From assembly GCA_029261065.1 (NCBI GenBank), contig JAJDCB010000026.1, positions 18,715-82,714 on the forward strand: DNA of 64,000 nt. The letters are read 5' to 3'. Positions 51,940 through 62,744 of the stretch are shown one piece after another. Position 1 is the first letter of the stretch, and the number at the start of each line of letters is the position of its first letter. The translations under genes were made by a program, and so were the position numbers. The stretch comes from Candidatus Omnitrophota bacterium. Its GTDB lineage: Bacteria; Omnitrophota; Gorgyraeia; Zapsychrales; Zapsychraceae. Below the pieces are notes generated by a model. That model was not told the DNA's origin and made no database searches. It saw only the letters and a list, made by a program, of their open reading frames with translations.

Positions 51940-52707
51940 ATGAACATTGAAAAACATCCAAAACATTTTGATTGTGTTATTTTTGACCTAGATGGTGTGA
52001 TCACCAAAACAGCCAAAGTCCACGCAGCGGCTTGGAAAGGCATGTTTGACGAATATTTACAAAAGAGATCACAGCTGGGTTTAGTAGATTTTCGTGAATT
52101 TAGTTACGATAAAGATTATTTAACGTATGTAGATGGTAAACCTCGATATGAGGGTGTTCAAAGTTTTTTGGAATCGAGGGAAATCTCTCTCCCCTTTGGT
52201 AATGTTGATGATGAAGACGATCAAGAAACAATATGCGGTTTAGGAAATCGAAAAAATACAAAATTTTTAGAGGTGTTAAATACGGATGGTATTGAAGTCT
52301 ATACTTCGACCGTTGATCTTATTAAAAATTTGCAAGCCCACAACATACGTATAGGCGTCGCTTCTTCAAGCAAAAATTGTCAGCACGTTTTAAAGGTGAC
52401 GGGATTAGAAAAATATTTTGAAACGCGTGTCGATGGTGTTGTTTCTCATGAATTAGGACTGAAGGGGAAGCCTGAGCCAGATATATTTTTAAGGGCGGCT
52501 CAAAATTTAAATATGACGCCGCAACGCTCCGTTGTTATTGAAGACGCCGTCTCAGGTGTCGCCGCCGGTTTTAAAGGAGGTTTTGCTTTAGTGATCGGTG
52601 TGGCTCGGGAATCTAATGAAAAAGACTTAAAAGATAATGGAGCTCATGTTGTGGTCAACGGATTTAAAGAGGTCACGACAGAGACAATTGATCAATGGTT
52701 AAGCTAA
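51940..52707 (+). CDS. Beta-phosphoglucomutase-family HAD enzyme
   Basis: IFDLDGVIT.TA.VH..AW, ASSSKN, GKPEPDIF, IEDAVSGV; promoter TTGAAT-N17-TATAAT upstream. Confidence 0.88.
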   Translation: MNIEKHPKHFDCVIFDLDGVITKTAKVHAAAWKGMFDEYLQKRSQLGLVDFREFSYDKDYLTYVDGKPRYEGVQSFLESREISLPFGNVDDEDDQETICGLGNRKNTKFLEVLNTDGIEVYTSTVDLIKNLQAHNIRIGVASSSKNCQHVLKVTGLEKYFETRVDGVVSHELGLKGKPEPDIFLRAAQNLNMTPQRSVVIEDAVSGVAAGFKGGFALVIGVARESNEKDLKDNGAHVVVNGFKEVTTETIDQWLS

Positions 52708-53486
52708 TGCAAAATGTAGATTATTTTTTTGATCATGAAAACGAATTTAAAAAAGTTATTACACAAAAAGAACCTCTCATCTTTTTGGACTACGATGGAA
52801 CTCTCACACCCATTGTTGACACACCTGATTTGGCAATCCTCACAGATGAAATGAGAGATCTCATTTCTGAAATTTCAAAACGATACAAAACGGCCATTGT
52901 TAGTGGAAGAGCAACGGATGATGTTAAGAAAAAAGTTGCTATCGAAAACATTTTTTATGCGGGAAGTCATGGTTTTGAAATTATTACCCCCCAAGGACAC
53001 ATTGAAATTAATAAAGAAGCAAACGCAATAAAGCCTAGAATAGACCGTATTTATGAGGAATTAAAGGCTGCATTAAAAGATGTTAAAGGCTCGTTAGTTG
53101 AGCATGTCAAATATACGGTTTCTCTTCATTATCGTTTGGTCTCTGACGAAGATTTTCCTACCTTTAAAACGTTAGCTCTAAAAGTATTAAACTCCTACCC
53201 TGAGTTAAGAATAACAGAAGGGAAAAAAGTTTTTGAGATACGGCCCGATATTGATTGGAATAAGGGAAGGGCTGTGGAGTGGATTCTTTCAACACTAAAG
53301 TTTGACACAAATAAAAATGTCGTTTTGTATGTTGGAGACGATACAACCGATGAGGATGCATTTAAGGCGATTAAGAATTACGGATATGGCCTTTTAGTTT
53401 CTGAGACTAACCGTGAAACAGCGGCAAAATATTTTTTGAAAGATACTCGAGACGTTAAGCGATTTTTAAATTTTCTAATAGATTGA
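52707..53486 (+). CDS. otsB: Trehalose-6-phosphate phosphatase
   Basis: FLDYDGTLTPI, IVSGR, YAGSHG, SLHYR, GKKVFEIRP..WNKG, GDDTTDEDAF; TAATG coupling. Confidence 0.93.
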   Translation: MQNVDYFFDHENEFKKVITQKEPLIFLDYDGTLTPIVDTPDLAILTDEMRDLISEISKRYKTAIVSGRATDDVKKKVAIENIFYAGSHGFEIITPQGHIEINKEANAIKPRIDRIYEELKAALKDVKGSLVEHVKYTVSLHYRLVSDEDFPTFKTLALKVLNSYPELRITEGKKVFEIRPDIDWNKGRAVEWILSTLKFDTNKNVVLYVGDDTTDEDAFKAIKNYGYGLLVSETNRETAAKYFLKDTRDVKRFLNFLID

Positions 53487-53493
53487 AAACTCT

Positions 53494-55929
53494 ATGAATC
53501 CCTGGAAATTAATATACAACAAATTTGATCCCGAAAAAGAAAGTCTACGGGAAACTCTGTGTACTTTGGGTAATGGTTATTTTGGCACAAGAGGGGCTGT
53601 GGCCGAAACACCTGTGAGCAAAGTTCATTATCCAGGGACTTATATTGCGGGGGTTTACAATGCTTTAGACACAGATATTGCTAGCCGAACAATTAGTAAT
53701 GAAGATTTTGTAAACTGTCCTAATTGGCTGTTATTAAACTATCGTATTAACGACGGTCCTTGGTTTGATCGATCAAAGGTAAAAATTTTATCTTGGAAGC
53801 GTGAACTAAATATGAGAAAGGGAATTTTACTTTCGCGGTTACGCTGGAAGGATGAAGAAGGCAACATCACGTTGGTCGAGAATTGTCGAATGGTTAGTAT
53901 GTCTAATCCTCATTGTGGAGGCTTAAGGTGCACCTTCACACCTGAAAATTACAATGGCCAATTAACAATACGCAGTGGGATAGATGGCTTGATTTTAAAT
54001 GGTGGTGTTGAAAGGTATCGACAGTTAAATAATAAACATCTTCAGCCATCGTTATATGGAATTTTTGGCGAAGATGGCATTTATTTGCAGATGCAAACAG
54101 TACAATCAAAAATAAAGATATCAGAGGCGTTAAGAACTTTGGTGTATCGAGGACATGAGAGAATTTCCCCAAAACTTTCTGTTATTACGCATGGTCGACA
54201 AAGAATAATTCATGAATGTAAAATAGAGGTTGAAAAAGGCCATCGTTATTCCATTGAAAAATTAGTAAGCATTTATACATCAAGAGATCAGGGCGTTTTA
54301 GATAGCTCTACAGCTGCACAAGAAACAGCAGGTCAACTTGAGAATTTTGAAAGTCTTTTGTTACCTCATCAAGGAAAATGGAAAGCCTTGTGGAAACGAT
54401 TTGACATGGAAGTTCAAGGGGATCCTTTTGTGCAACAAGTTTTGCGTCTACATATATTTCATCTCCTGCAATCAGCATCAACGTATAACGAAGATATTGA
54501 CGCTGGAATGCCGGTAAGAGGTCTTCATGGCGAGGCGTATCGGGGACATATTTTTTGGGATGAGTTATACGTATTTCCTTTTTACAATCTTCATGCTCCA
54601 GAAACAACAAGAGCGTTGTTGATGTACCGATACCGTCGATTAATGGCAGCTAAAGAAAATGCCAAGCAAAATGGTTTTAAAGGTGCAATGTATCCGTGGC
54701 AGACCGCATCGACGGGAGAAGAAACAACTCAAGTGATTCATATTAATCCCATTTCTGGTACATGGGGTCCTGATTATAGTTCATTACAAAGACATGTGTC
54801 TTTGGCCGTCGCTTATAACGTGTGGAATTATTATTATTTATCAGGTGACCGTGATTTTATGGATCGTTATGGGGCTGAGATGATTATTGAGATATCTCAT
54901 TTTTGGTCAAGCATCGCTAAATGGAATCCAAAAACAGAACGATATGATATTGATGGTGTTATGGGCCCAGATGAGTTTCATGAGAAATATCCAGCGGCAA
55001 ATCGAGGAGGATTAAAAAATAACGCCTATTCAAATGTTATGGCCGTATGGGTATTTAAAAAGGCTTTATACATTCTAGAGGAGATGATGAACGCAGAAGA
55101 TAAAAATGCGTTGTTACTGAAGTGTGAGATTTCAGAAACGGAGGTTGAGCGATGGAAAGATATTGTCACGAAAATTGCTATCCCTATGGATAAGTCGGGA
55201 CTCATTCATCAGTTTGAAGGATATATGGATCTTGAGGAGTTAAACTGGGAGGAGTATCGTCAGAAATATGAAAACATTCATCGGATCGATCGCATTTTAA
55301 AGGCAGAAGGTCTTTCTCCGGATAGTTTTAAGGTTGCCAAACAAGCAGATGTGTTGATGTTGTTTTACGTGCTAAATAAAGATGAAGTCAAAGACATATT
55401 TAAAAAAGCAGGTTACCCGTATTCAAAAAATTTATTAAAGAAAAACTTTGAGTACTATTTTCCACGGACATCTCATGGGTCAACATTAAGTATGGCCGTT
55501 CATGCATATCTAGCAGAGATGTTAAACAAAAAAGAGGAAGCTCTTGGCTATTTTATGGAAACGCTTAAAAGTGACATCTTTGATACTCAAGGAGGAACGA
55601 CCCAAGAAGGTATTCATGCTGGCGTTATGGGCGCGTCTCTCGATTTATTTTTACGTAACTATGCTGGTCTTTCCGTTTTAGATGATCGCATTAGTTTAAA
55701 TCCTAAGTTGCCAGATAAGTGGGAGAGCGTAAAGTTTAGTGTAAGATTTAAAAATATTTGGTTTAGTATTAAGATTAATAAAGATAATTTAAGTATCCTG
55801 GCCGAGCCTCTGCAAGAGACTGGTTTTCAAGCAAATTCAAAAATCCCAATAGAAATTAGAAAAAAAATTCATCACATTCTTCCTGGAAAACCTTACAACA
55901 TTTCTACACGAACATTGTTTCTCATTTAA
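53494..55929 (+). CDS. Glycoside hydrolase family 65 phosphorylase (trehalose/trehalose-6-phosphate phosphorylase-like)
   Basis: LGNGYFGTRG, RGLHGEAYRGHIFWDE, GPDEFHE, KQAD, HGSTLS. Confidence 0.92.
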   Translation: MNPWKLIYNKFDPEKESLRETLCTLGNGYFGTRGAVAETPVSKVHYPGTYIAGVYNALDTDIASRTISNEDFVNCPNWLLLNYRINDGPWFDRSKVKILSWKRELNMRKGILLSRLRWKDEEGNITLVENCRMVSMSNPHCGGLRCTFTPENYNGQLTIRSGIDGLILNGGVERYRQLNNKHLQPSLYGIFGEDGIYLQMQTVQSKIKISEALRTLVYRGHERISPKLSVITHGRQRIIHECKIEVEKGHRYSIEKLVSIYTSRDQGVLDSSTAAQETAGQLENFESLLLPHQGKWKALWKRFDMEVQGDPFVQQVLRLHIFHLLQSASTYNEDIDAGMPVRGLHGEAYRGHIFWDELYVFPFYNLHAPETTRALLMYRYRRLMAAKENAKQNGFKGAMYPWQTASTGEETTQVIHINPISGTWGPDYSSLQRHVSLAVAYNVWNYYYLSGDRDFMDRYGAEMIIEISHFWSSIAKWNPKTERYDIDGVMGPDEFHEKYPAANRGGLKNNAYSNVMAVWVFKKALYILEEMMNAEDKNALLLKCEISETEVERWKDIVTKIAIPMDKSGLIHQFEGYMDLEELNWEEYRQKYENIHRIDRILKAEGLSPDSFKVAKQADVLMLFYVLNKDEVKDIFKKAGYPYSKNLLKKNFEYYFPRTSHGSTLSMAVHAYLAEMLNKKEEALGYFMETLKSDIFDTQGGTTQEGIHAGVMGASLDLFLRNYAGLSVLDDRISLNPKLPDKWESVKFSVRFKNIWFSIKINKDNLSILAEPLQETGFQANSKIPIEIRKKIHHILPGKPYNISTRTLFLI

Positions 55930-56003
55930 AGTTAAAAATATTTTTGAAATTTAATGAATTACACTTGTGCTAAATCTAATATCTGCTAAGATTTAAAATA
56001 ATC

Positions 56004-57134
56004 ATGAAAATACACGAATATCAAGCCACACAATTATTTAAAGAAGCAGGCCTTCCTGTTGTTAACGGTCGCGTTGCCACGGAGGTTTATGAAGCTGTGT
56101 TGATTGCCGAGGAAACAGGGTATCCTGTCGTTCTAAAATCACAGGTTTTGGTTGGCGGTCGCGGAAAAGCAGGCGGTATTAAAGTGGTTAAAGACAAACA
56201 GGAATTAGAGACAACTTTTAATGAATTAAAAAAGTTAGTTATTAAAGGGTACCCTGTTGAAAAAATTTTGGTTGTTAAAGCCATTGATATCAAGAAAGAG
56301 TTTTATGCTGCGATTACGGTTGATGGAGGGGCTGGGGATGTTGTTTTGATAGCTAGTGCAGAAGGTGGTGTTGAAATAGAGGAAACAGCTAAAACAAATC
56401 CAGACGCCATAAAAAAATATTATTTAAAAGGAAAAAAAGAGCTAGATTCAACCCGTTGGCCGGCGTTTATTTCGTCCGTATTTTCAGAGGAGGAATTGCA
56501 AAATGCAGGGACAAAGGTTTTTGAAAGTTTGATTTCTGTGTTTTTTGAAAATGATTGTTCTATCGCAGAGATAAACCCTTTGGTGATAGATGGCAATGGC
56601 GATATTTTAGCGGCTGATGCCAAAATCAATTTTGATGACAACGCGCTTGATCGACATGAGGGTTTAGAGGCTATGCGCGACATGGCCTATGAGGATGCTG
56701 ATGAACTTGAGGCTAAAGAGAAAAATTTAAGTTTTGTTAAGTTGGAAGGTAATGTTGGTTGCATCGTAAACGGCGCAGGACTGGCAATGGCCACGATGGA
56801 TATTATTAAAATTTGCGGAGGACAGCCAGCCAACTTTCTCGACGTAGGTGGAAGTTCAAATCCCGAAAAAGTTTTAAATGCTTTAAAAATTATATTACGC
56901 AATAAAGATATCAAAGCAATCCTCATTAATATTTTTGGAGGAATCACAAGGTGTGATGATATTGCTAATGGAATTTTAGAAGCCAGAAAACAAATAGATT
57001 TGCCCGTGCCTTTAGTTGTGCGATTAACAGGGACCAACGAAAAAGAAGCGAAAGAAATATTAGCCCAAAACGATGTGACGACGTATTCAACGATGCGCGA
57101 AGCGGTTAACAAAGTTGTAGAACTATCTAAATAG
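56004..57134 (+). CDS. sucC: Succinyl-CoA synthetase beta subunit
   Basis: HEYQA, GGRGKAGG, EINPL, NGAGLAMATMD, ANFLDVGG. Confidence 0.96.
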   Translation: MKIHEYQATQLFKEAGLPVVNGRVATEVYEAVLIAEETGYPVVLKSQVLVGGRGKAGGIKVVKDKQELETTFNELKKLVIKGYPVEKILVVKAIDIKKEFYAAITVDGGAGDVVLIASAEGGVEIEETAKTNPDAIKKYYLKGKKELDSTRWPAFISSVFSEEELQNAGTKVFESLISVFFENDCSIAEINPLVIDGNGDILAADAKINFDDNALDRHEGLEAMRDMAYEDADELEAKEKNLSFVKLEGNVGCIVNGAGLAMATMDIIKICGGQPANFLDVGGSSNPEKVLNALKIILRNKDIKAILINIFGGITRCDDIANGILEARKQIDLPVPLVVRLTGTNEKEAKEILAQNDVTTYSTMREAVNKVVELSK

Positions 57135-57166
57135 TGGTTTGAACCCCAAAGGGGTATTAAGCAAAC

Positions 57167-57200
57167 CTGGAATTTCGTTAAAGATTCGAAATTCCTAAAT
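57167..57200. repeat. Family B REP-like palindrome, copy 4 (inverted)
   Basis: Reverse complement ATTTAGGAATTTCGAATCTTTAACGAAATTCCAG, between sucC and sucD. Confidence 0.88.
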
Positions 57201-57213
57201 AAAGGTTTACCTT

Positions 57214-58092
57214 ATGAGCATTATTATTGATCAAAGCACAAAACTATTAGTCCAGGGGATTACAGGTCGTGACGGTTCTTTTCATGCGAAACAGATGGTG
57301 GAATATGGAACGCAGGTCGTTGCTGGTGTTACGCCAGGTAAAGGTGGCCAAGATGTTCATGGCGTTTCGGTTTTTAATTCTGTGGCTGAAGCTAAGGAAG
57401 CAACCGAGGCCAATGCTGCTGTCATCTATGTTCCCGCTAGGTTTGCTAAAGATGCCATTTTAGAAGATATTGATGCAGGGATTGAACTTATTATTTGTAT
57501 TAGTGAAGGACTGCCCGTTTTGGATATGGTTGAAGTCACAAAGGCGATGGAAGGAAAAAATATTCGGCTTATTGGTCCTAATTGTCCTGGTGTTATTTCC
57601 CCGGGAAAATGTAAAGTGGGTATTATGCCTGGACACATCCACAAAGAAGGTCCGATTGGTGTTGTCTCAAGAAGTGGAACTCTGACTTATGAAGTTGTTT
57701 ATAATTTAACACTCAATGACATCGGCCAATCCAGTTGTGTGGGCCTTGGGGGAGATCCTATTATTGGAACACGCTTTATAGACGTGCTTGATATGTTTAT
57801 GAAGGATGAGCAAACTAAAGGTATTGTGATGGTTGGCGAGATAGGTGGCGAGGATGAGCAGTTAGCTGCAGAGTTTATTAAAAAGAACGTAACAAAACCG
57901 GTTGTTGGTTTTATTGCCGGTCGAACAGCCCCTCCTGGTAAACGCATGGGCCATGCAGGAGCCATTATTTCCTCCGGTGATAGCACGGCAGAAGCAAAAC
58001 GACAAATTTTGCAAGATGCTGGTGTTGAAGTTGTTGATATTCCCGATGAGATTCCAGCCCTTTTTAAACAAAAATTAAATGTTGGTGCGTAA
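57214..58092 (+). CDS. sucD: Succinyl-CoA synthetase alpha subunit
   Basis: [28 protein letters not shown]. Confidence 0.97.
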   Translation: MSIIIDQSTKLLVQGITGRDGSFHAKQMVEYGTQVVAGVTPGKGGQDVHGVSVFNSVAEAKEATEANAAVIYVPARFAKDAILEDIDAGIELIICISEGLPVLDMVEVTKAMEGKNIRLIGPNCPGVISPGKCKVGIMPGHIHKEGPIGVVSRSGTLTYEVVYNLTLNDIGQSSCVGLGGDPIIGTRFIDVLDMFMKDEQTKGIVMVGEIGGEDEQLAAEFIKKNVTKPVVGFIAGRTAPPGKRMGHAGAIISSGDSTAEAKRQILQDAGVEVVDIPDEIPALFKQKLNVGA

Positions 58093-58144
58093 ATACTGAC
58101 TTTGTTTTTGAACTATTCTTCAGTGACGATCACTTAAAAAATTT

Positions 58145-59248
58145 GTGAAAAGTAAACCTCTTAAAAATATATTTCTTTCCTCAATTCATCAAAATGCTGG
58201 AAAAACAACAATGTCTTTGGGGTTGTTTCGCGCCTTAAAAGATAAAAAGTTTAAAACAGCATTTATGAAACCGGTCGGTCAACAGGTTGTCAACGTTGGG
58301 GATATCAATGTGGATAAAGACACCTATCTTATTGGCGAGGTTTTTCGAGCTAACAAAAATTTAAGAGACATGAGCCCGATCACAATAGGACGAGGATACA
58401 CGGAAAAATATATTTTTAAACCACACAAAGATAAACTAAAAAATATTTTAGAGAAGTCTTTTAAAAAGTTAACTAAAGGAAAAGACGCCATTATTGTCGA
58501 GGGAACAGGGCATGCGGGGGTTGGTGCTGTTATTGATTTTTCTAATGCGGACGTCGCGCGTCTTCTTAATTCAAAAGCTATTATTATTAGTGGGGGCGGC
58601 ATTGGTAAGTGTATTGATGAGATTATGTTAAACAAGGCCTTGTTTGATTTAAACAACGTTGAAGTTTTAGGTGTTATCGTCAACAAAGTGATGCCAGAAA
58701 AATATGACAGAATAAAGAAGGCTCTTGCCTGTGGGTTAAAAAATAAGGGAGTGCGTCTGCTAGGTGTTATTCCTATCCAACCGTTACTTAGTGCTCCTAC
58801 AGTTAATCAAGTTATGAACCGGTTAAATTTAAAATTATTGTGTGGTAAAAAGGAAGTTAACAAAAGGGTCAAACATACCATTGTTGCTGCGATGGAACCT
58901 CACAATATGATTCATTACCTAAAAGATGGCACGTTGGTCATTACTTCAGGGGATCGAGTTGACAATATTTTGGCAGCTGTAAGTTCTCATTTGATTCGTG
59001 ATGGAAGAAGTTTTCAAATTGCCGGAATTATTCTTACTGGCGGCCTCATGCCTAATCCAAAAATTGTAGATTTATTAGAAAAAAGCCAAATCCCTATTCT
59101 TATTTCTGATCAGGACACGTACACCATTGCTGCAAAGTTGGAACATCTTATTTGTAAGATTCAAAAGACAGATAAAGACAAAATTGAAGAGGCGACACGG
59201 CTTGTCAAAAAATATGTGGATGTGGATACAATTCTTGCAAATGTTTAA
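58145..59248 (+). CDS. Pta N-terminal-like protein (BioD-like P-loop plus DRTGG), no catalytic PTA domain
   Basis: NAGKTT, FMKPVG, IVEGTG, TSGDR.D, IILTGG. Confidence 0.85.
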   Translation: MKSKPLKNIFLSSIHQNAGKTTMSLGLFRALKDKKFKTAFMKPVGQQVVNVGDINVDKDTYLIGEVFRANKNLRDMSPITIGRGYTEKYIFKPHKDKLKNILEKSFKKLTKGKDAIIVEGTGHAGVGAVIDFSNADVARLLNSKAIIISGGGIGKCIDEIMLNKALFDLNNVEVLGVIVNKVMPEKYDRIKKALACGLKNKGVRLLGVIPIQPLLSAPTVNQVMNRLNLKLLCGKKEVNKRVKHTIVAAMEPHNMIHYLKDGTLVITSGDRVDNILAAVSSHLIRDGRSFQIAGIILTGGLMPNPKIVDLLEKSQIPILISDQDTYTIAAKLEHLICKIQKTDKDKIEEATRLVKKYVDVDTILANV

Positions 59249-59408
59249 AAATGTCTGACGCCGTTAAATCAGAGAAAAATATATAATTTTCTATTGAGTT
59301 CTTGACAATACAATGTTATTATGCGAACTTAATTCTATACAAGATTACGTAACATAAACACGTTAACTCATTTGTTTCTAAAAAGTTAAGTCATTTTAGC
59401 AATAAACA

Positions 59409-60758
59409 ATGTCGCATTTTTCTATCAAAAAAGGAAAAAATTTAAAGATCAAAGGCTCTGTTTCCTATGAAACAGTAGACTTGCCCCTGCCTAAGCAAGT
59501 TGCCGTTATGCCTCCGAACTTTAAAGGATTAAAATCTCGACTCGCCGTCAAAGTTGATGACGTGGTTAAGGTTGGTTCTCCTGTTATTACCGATAAAAGT
59601 ATTGAAGGCCTTTTAGTTTCCTCTCCTGTTAGTGGAAAAGTTGTGGCCATAAATCGTGGTGCAAAAAGATCTTTGCTTGAAGTTGTTATCGAAACGGACA
59701 ATCTTCAAGAGACAATTTCGTTTTTAAACAGCCCTTCCTCGGATGCTTCATCATATAGTTCTGATCAAATAAAGAAAACAATGTTAGAAAGTGGGTTATG
59801 GGCTGTTTTACGCCAAAGACCATTTTCGAAAATAGCCAACCCTTCTGATAAACCGAAATCATTATTTATCCATGCTATGAACACAGAACCTCTTGCTGCG
59901 GACATTGACTATATAATGGAAGATAAAGATATAGAGTATCAATTTGGAATTGACATTTTAAAGAAGCTCGTTGGAGTCAATATTCATCAATGTATTGATG
60001 CTCAGTCAAAAGCAAAAGCATTGAAAGAGGCGAAAAACGTTGAAACGCATACATTTTCTGGCCCACATCCAGCGGGCAACATTGGGACTCACATTCATTG
60101 TGTTGATCCTATTGGAAAAGGTGATGTTGTTTGGTTTATTGAAGTTCAAGATGTTTTAAGAGTTGCGCAATTATTTCAAAAAGGCACATATCCCGTTGAG
60201 CGTACTGTTGCAATATCAGGAGAAGGCGCCAAAAATCGTGTTTATACAAAGACAATTGTTGGGACACCCTTATCGTCTTTACTTCAAGGAAGTGATCTTC
60301 AAAATATGCGCTGTATTTCAGGAAGTGTTTTAACGGGAAGAAATGTTGGTAAAAATGGCTATTTAGGGTTTTACGACTCACAAGTGACGATTATTCCTGA
60401 AGGTGGGAGTAGAAAACTTCTTGGTTGGCTTGTTCCAGGTTTTAACAATTATACATTTTCCAGAACTTATGCATCGGCCTTTACAGGAAAAAAAGATTTT
60501 TCTCTGGATGCGGATAAAAATGGAAGTGATCGTGCCATTGTTCTTAATCATCTTTATGATGAGTTAAATGCATTAGATATTATGACATATTTTTTATTGA
60601 AGTCTGTCATCTCAGAAGACATTGAAGAAAGTGAAAAGTTAGGCATTTTAGAATGCGATGAAGAAGATTTTGCTTTATGTACCTTTGCCTGCCCATCAAA
60701 GATAGACGTCGGTGGCATCATTCAAAGTGGGTTAGAAATAATTGAGAAAGAAGGGTAG
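59409..60758 (+). CDS. nqrA: Na+-translocating NADH:quinone reductase subunit A
   Basis: SPVSGKV..INRG.KR, RPFSKI, GPHPAG, ISGSVLTG, DEEDFALCTF.CPSK. Confidence 0.96.
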   Translation: MSHFSIKKGKNLKIKGSVSYETVDLPLPKQVAVMPPNFKGLKSRLAVKVDDVVKVGSPVITDKSIEGLLVSSPVSGKVVAINRGAKRSLLEVVIETDNLQETISFLNSPSSDASSYSSDQIKKTMLESGLWAVLRQRPFSKIANPSDKPKSLFIHAMNTEPLAADIDYIMEDKDIEYQFGIDILKKLVGVNIHQCIDAQSKAKALKEAKNVETHTFSGPHPAGNIGTHIHCVDPIGKGDVVWFIEVQDVLRVAQLFQKGTYPVERTVAISGEGAKNRVYTKTIVGTPLSSLLQGSDLQNMRCISGSVLTGRNVGKNGYLGFYDSQVTIIPEGGSRKLLGWLVPGFNNYTFSRTYASAFTGKKDFSLDADKNGSDRAIVLNHLYDELNALDIMTYFLLKSVISEDIEESEKLGILECDEEDFALCTFACPSKIDVGGIIQSGLEIIEKEG

Positions 60759-60764
60759 TTTTTT

Positions 60765-61946
60765 ATGAAGTGGCTTGCAGATAAATCGAAACAATTAGAA
60801 AAACTTTTTGAGAAAGGTAAACCTCTCGAAAAGTTTTATCCGTTGTTTGAAGCTTTAGATACCTTTTTATTGACCCCTGGTCAAACAACAAAAAAAGCGC
60901 CGCACGTTCGTGATTCTGTTGATATCAAACGTGTCATGATTTTTGTCGTTGTGGCATTGATCCCTTGTATCATTATGGGTATTTATAACACGGGCCGTCA
61001 AATCCTTTTAGCCAAAGGTCTTCCTCTTGAGTGTGGGGCGGCGATGTTCGAAGGGGCTCTTAAAGTTTTACCTATTATAATTGTGACATATGCTGTCGGT
61101 GGGATGTGGGAAGGTTTGTTTTCGACGATTCGTAAGCATGAGATTAATGAAGGATTTTTGGTCACTGGAATTTTATTTGCCCTTACATTACCTCCAACTA
61201 CTCCTTTGTGGCAGGTCGCTGTTGGGATATCATTTGGTGTTGTTATCGGAAAAGAAATTTTTGGAGGGACAGGCTTTAATGTTTTAAATCCAGCCTTAAC
61301 GGCGCGAGCCTTTATCTTTTTTGCTTATCCGGTTCAGATGTCTGGAGACATGGTCTGGGTTGCTGTCGATGGTTTTTCTCAAGCGACTCCTTTAGGAATC
61401 GTTGCAACGGCAGAGAGAGGAACGACGGCTGTCGCGGCGTTACAATCGGCCGGGTTTACCCTTAAAGATATGTTTGTAGGTTTTATTCCTGGATCCATTG
61501 GCGAAACATCAACAATAGCTTGTCTCTTAGGTTTGGGTTTTCTTTTGATTACGGGTGTGGCTAGTTGGCGGATTATCGCTGGATGTTTTCTTGGGTTAGG
61601 CGCCATGAGTTTTGTTTTTTCATTATTCAAAGGGCCAGACAGTCTTGTCTTCTTCTCGTTACCTGCCCATTGGCACATGGTGATGGGAGGATTTGCTTTT
61701 GGTTCGATCTTTATGGCAACGGATCCTGTTTCTTCAGCGGCAACAAACCCGGGACGGTGGATTTACGGATTCTTAATTGGGGTACTGGTTGTCCTAATAC
61801 GTATGGTCAATCCAGCTTATCCAGAAGGCGTTATGCTTGCGATTTTATTTATGAATGTCTTTGCTCCAACAATTGATCATTTTGTGGTTGAAACAAATGT
61901 TAAACGCAGAATGGCTCGAGCCACAACAGCAGAAATAAAAAGTTAA
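60765..61946 (+). CDS. nqrB: Na+-NQR subunit B
   Basis: HVRD..D.KR.M, EGFLVT, KEIFGGTG, DGFSQATPL, FMATDPVS. Confidence 0.96.
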   Translation: MKWLADKSKQLEKLFEKGKPLEKFYPLFEALDTFLLTPGQTTKKAPHVRDSVDIKRVMIFVVVALIPCIIMGIYNTGRQILLAKGLPLECGAAMFEGALKVLPIIIVTYAVGGMWEGLFSTIRKHEINEGFLVTGILFALTLPPTTPLWQVAVGISFGVVIGKEIFGGTGFNVLNPALTARAFIFFAYPVQMSGDMVWVAVDGFSQATPLGIVATAERGTTAVAALQSAGFTLKDMFVGFIPGSIGETSTIACLLGLGFLLITGVASWRIIAGCFLGLGAMSFVFSLFKGPDSLVFFSLPAHWHMVMGGFAFGSIFMATDPVSSAATNPGRWIYGFLIGVLVVLIRMVNPAYPEGVMLAILFMNVFAPTIDHFVVETNVKRRMARATTAEIKS

Positions 61947-61960
61947 GGTTTTAAATAATT

Positions 61961-62719
61961 ATGGCGATGGATAAAAATAGCACAAAATATACCTTTATAT
62001 TCGCATTAATCGTTTGTGTGATTTGTAGTTTTCTTCTTTCTTTCGTGTCAGAAATGTTGCGAGACAAAAGAGAACTAAATGAAGCGTTAGACATCAAAAA
62101 AAATATTTTAAAAGCCGTTTCATTGCGAGAGCCTGTGGATGCTAAAGCAACGCCTGAGGAACTCCTTAAGGTTTATAGCGACAAAATTGAAGAAATCGTT
62201 ATTGATGGAGAAGGAAATAAGGTTGAAGGAGAAGTTGCAACCGAAGTGGAACGCGCCATCAAAGAAAGTCAGAATAATATTGTTCCCGCATCAGGCAAGG
62301 ATGCACGGTTTCCTCTGTATATTTATAAAGAAGGTGATGAGGTTGTCGCCTATTGTATTCCTATTATTGGTAAAGGACTTTGGTCAACGCTTTATGGATA
62401 TTTTGCTATTGAGCCCGATGCAAAGACGGTACGTGGCGTAACTTTTTATAAGCATGGTGAGACGCCAGGCTTGGGTGCGGAAATTGAAAAAGATTGGTTT
62501 TTAGATAATTATAAAGGTAAAAGCATTTGGGACGTTGATAAGTCGAATCTTTTCCCTGTTATTGTTAAAAAAGGAAAAGTTATTGAATCGGTGCAGAGCG
62601 AGAAAGATCATTACGTCGACGGCATTAGTGGTGCCACGATGACATCAAACGGTGTTACGGCTATGGTTGATGTGTGGTTAAATGCTTATGAAGTTTTCTT
62701 TTCAAAGATAAGAAAATAA
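61961..62719 (+). CDS. nqrC: Na+-NQR subunit C
   Basis: GKGLWS, HGETPGLGAEI, VDGISGATMTS. Confidence 0.95.
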   Translation: MAMDKNSTKYTFIFALIVCVICSFLLSFVSEMLRDKRELNEALDIKKNILKAVSLREPVDAKATPEELLKVYSDKIEEIVIDGEGNKVEGEVATEVERAIKESQNNIVPASGKDARFPLYIYKEGDEVVAYCIPIIGKGLWSTLYGYFAIEPDAKTVRGVTFYKHGETPGLGAEIEKDWFLDNYKGKSIWDVDKSNLFPVIVKKGKVIESVQSEKDHYVDGISGATMTSNGVTAMVDVWLNAYEVFFSKIRK

Positions 62720-62744
62720 GAAGTTTTTTTAGGAGGTTTATATT

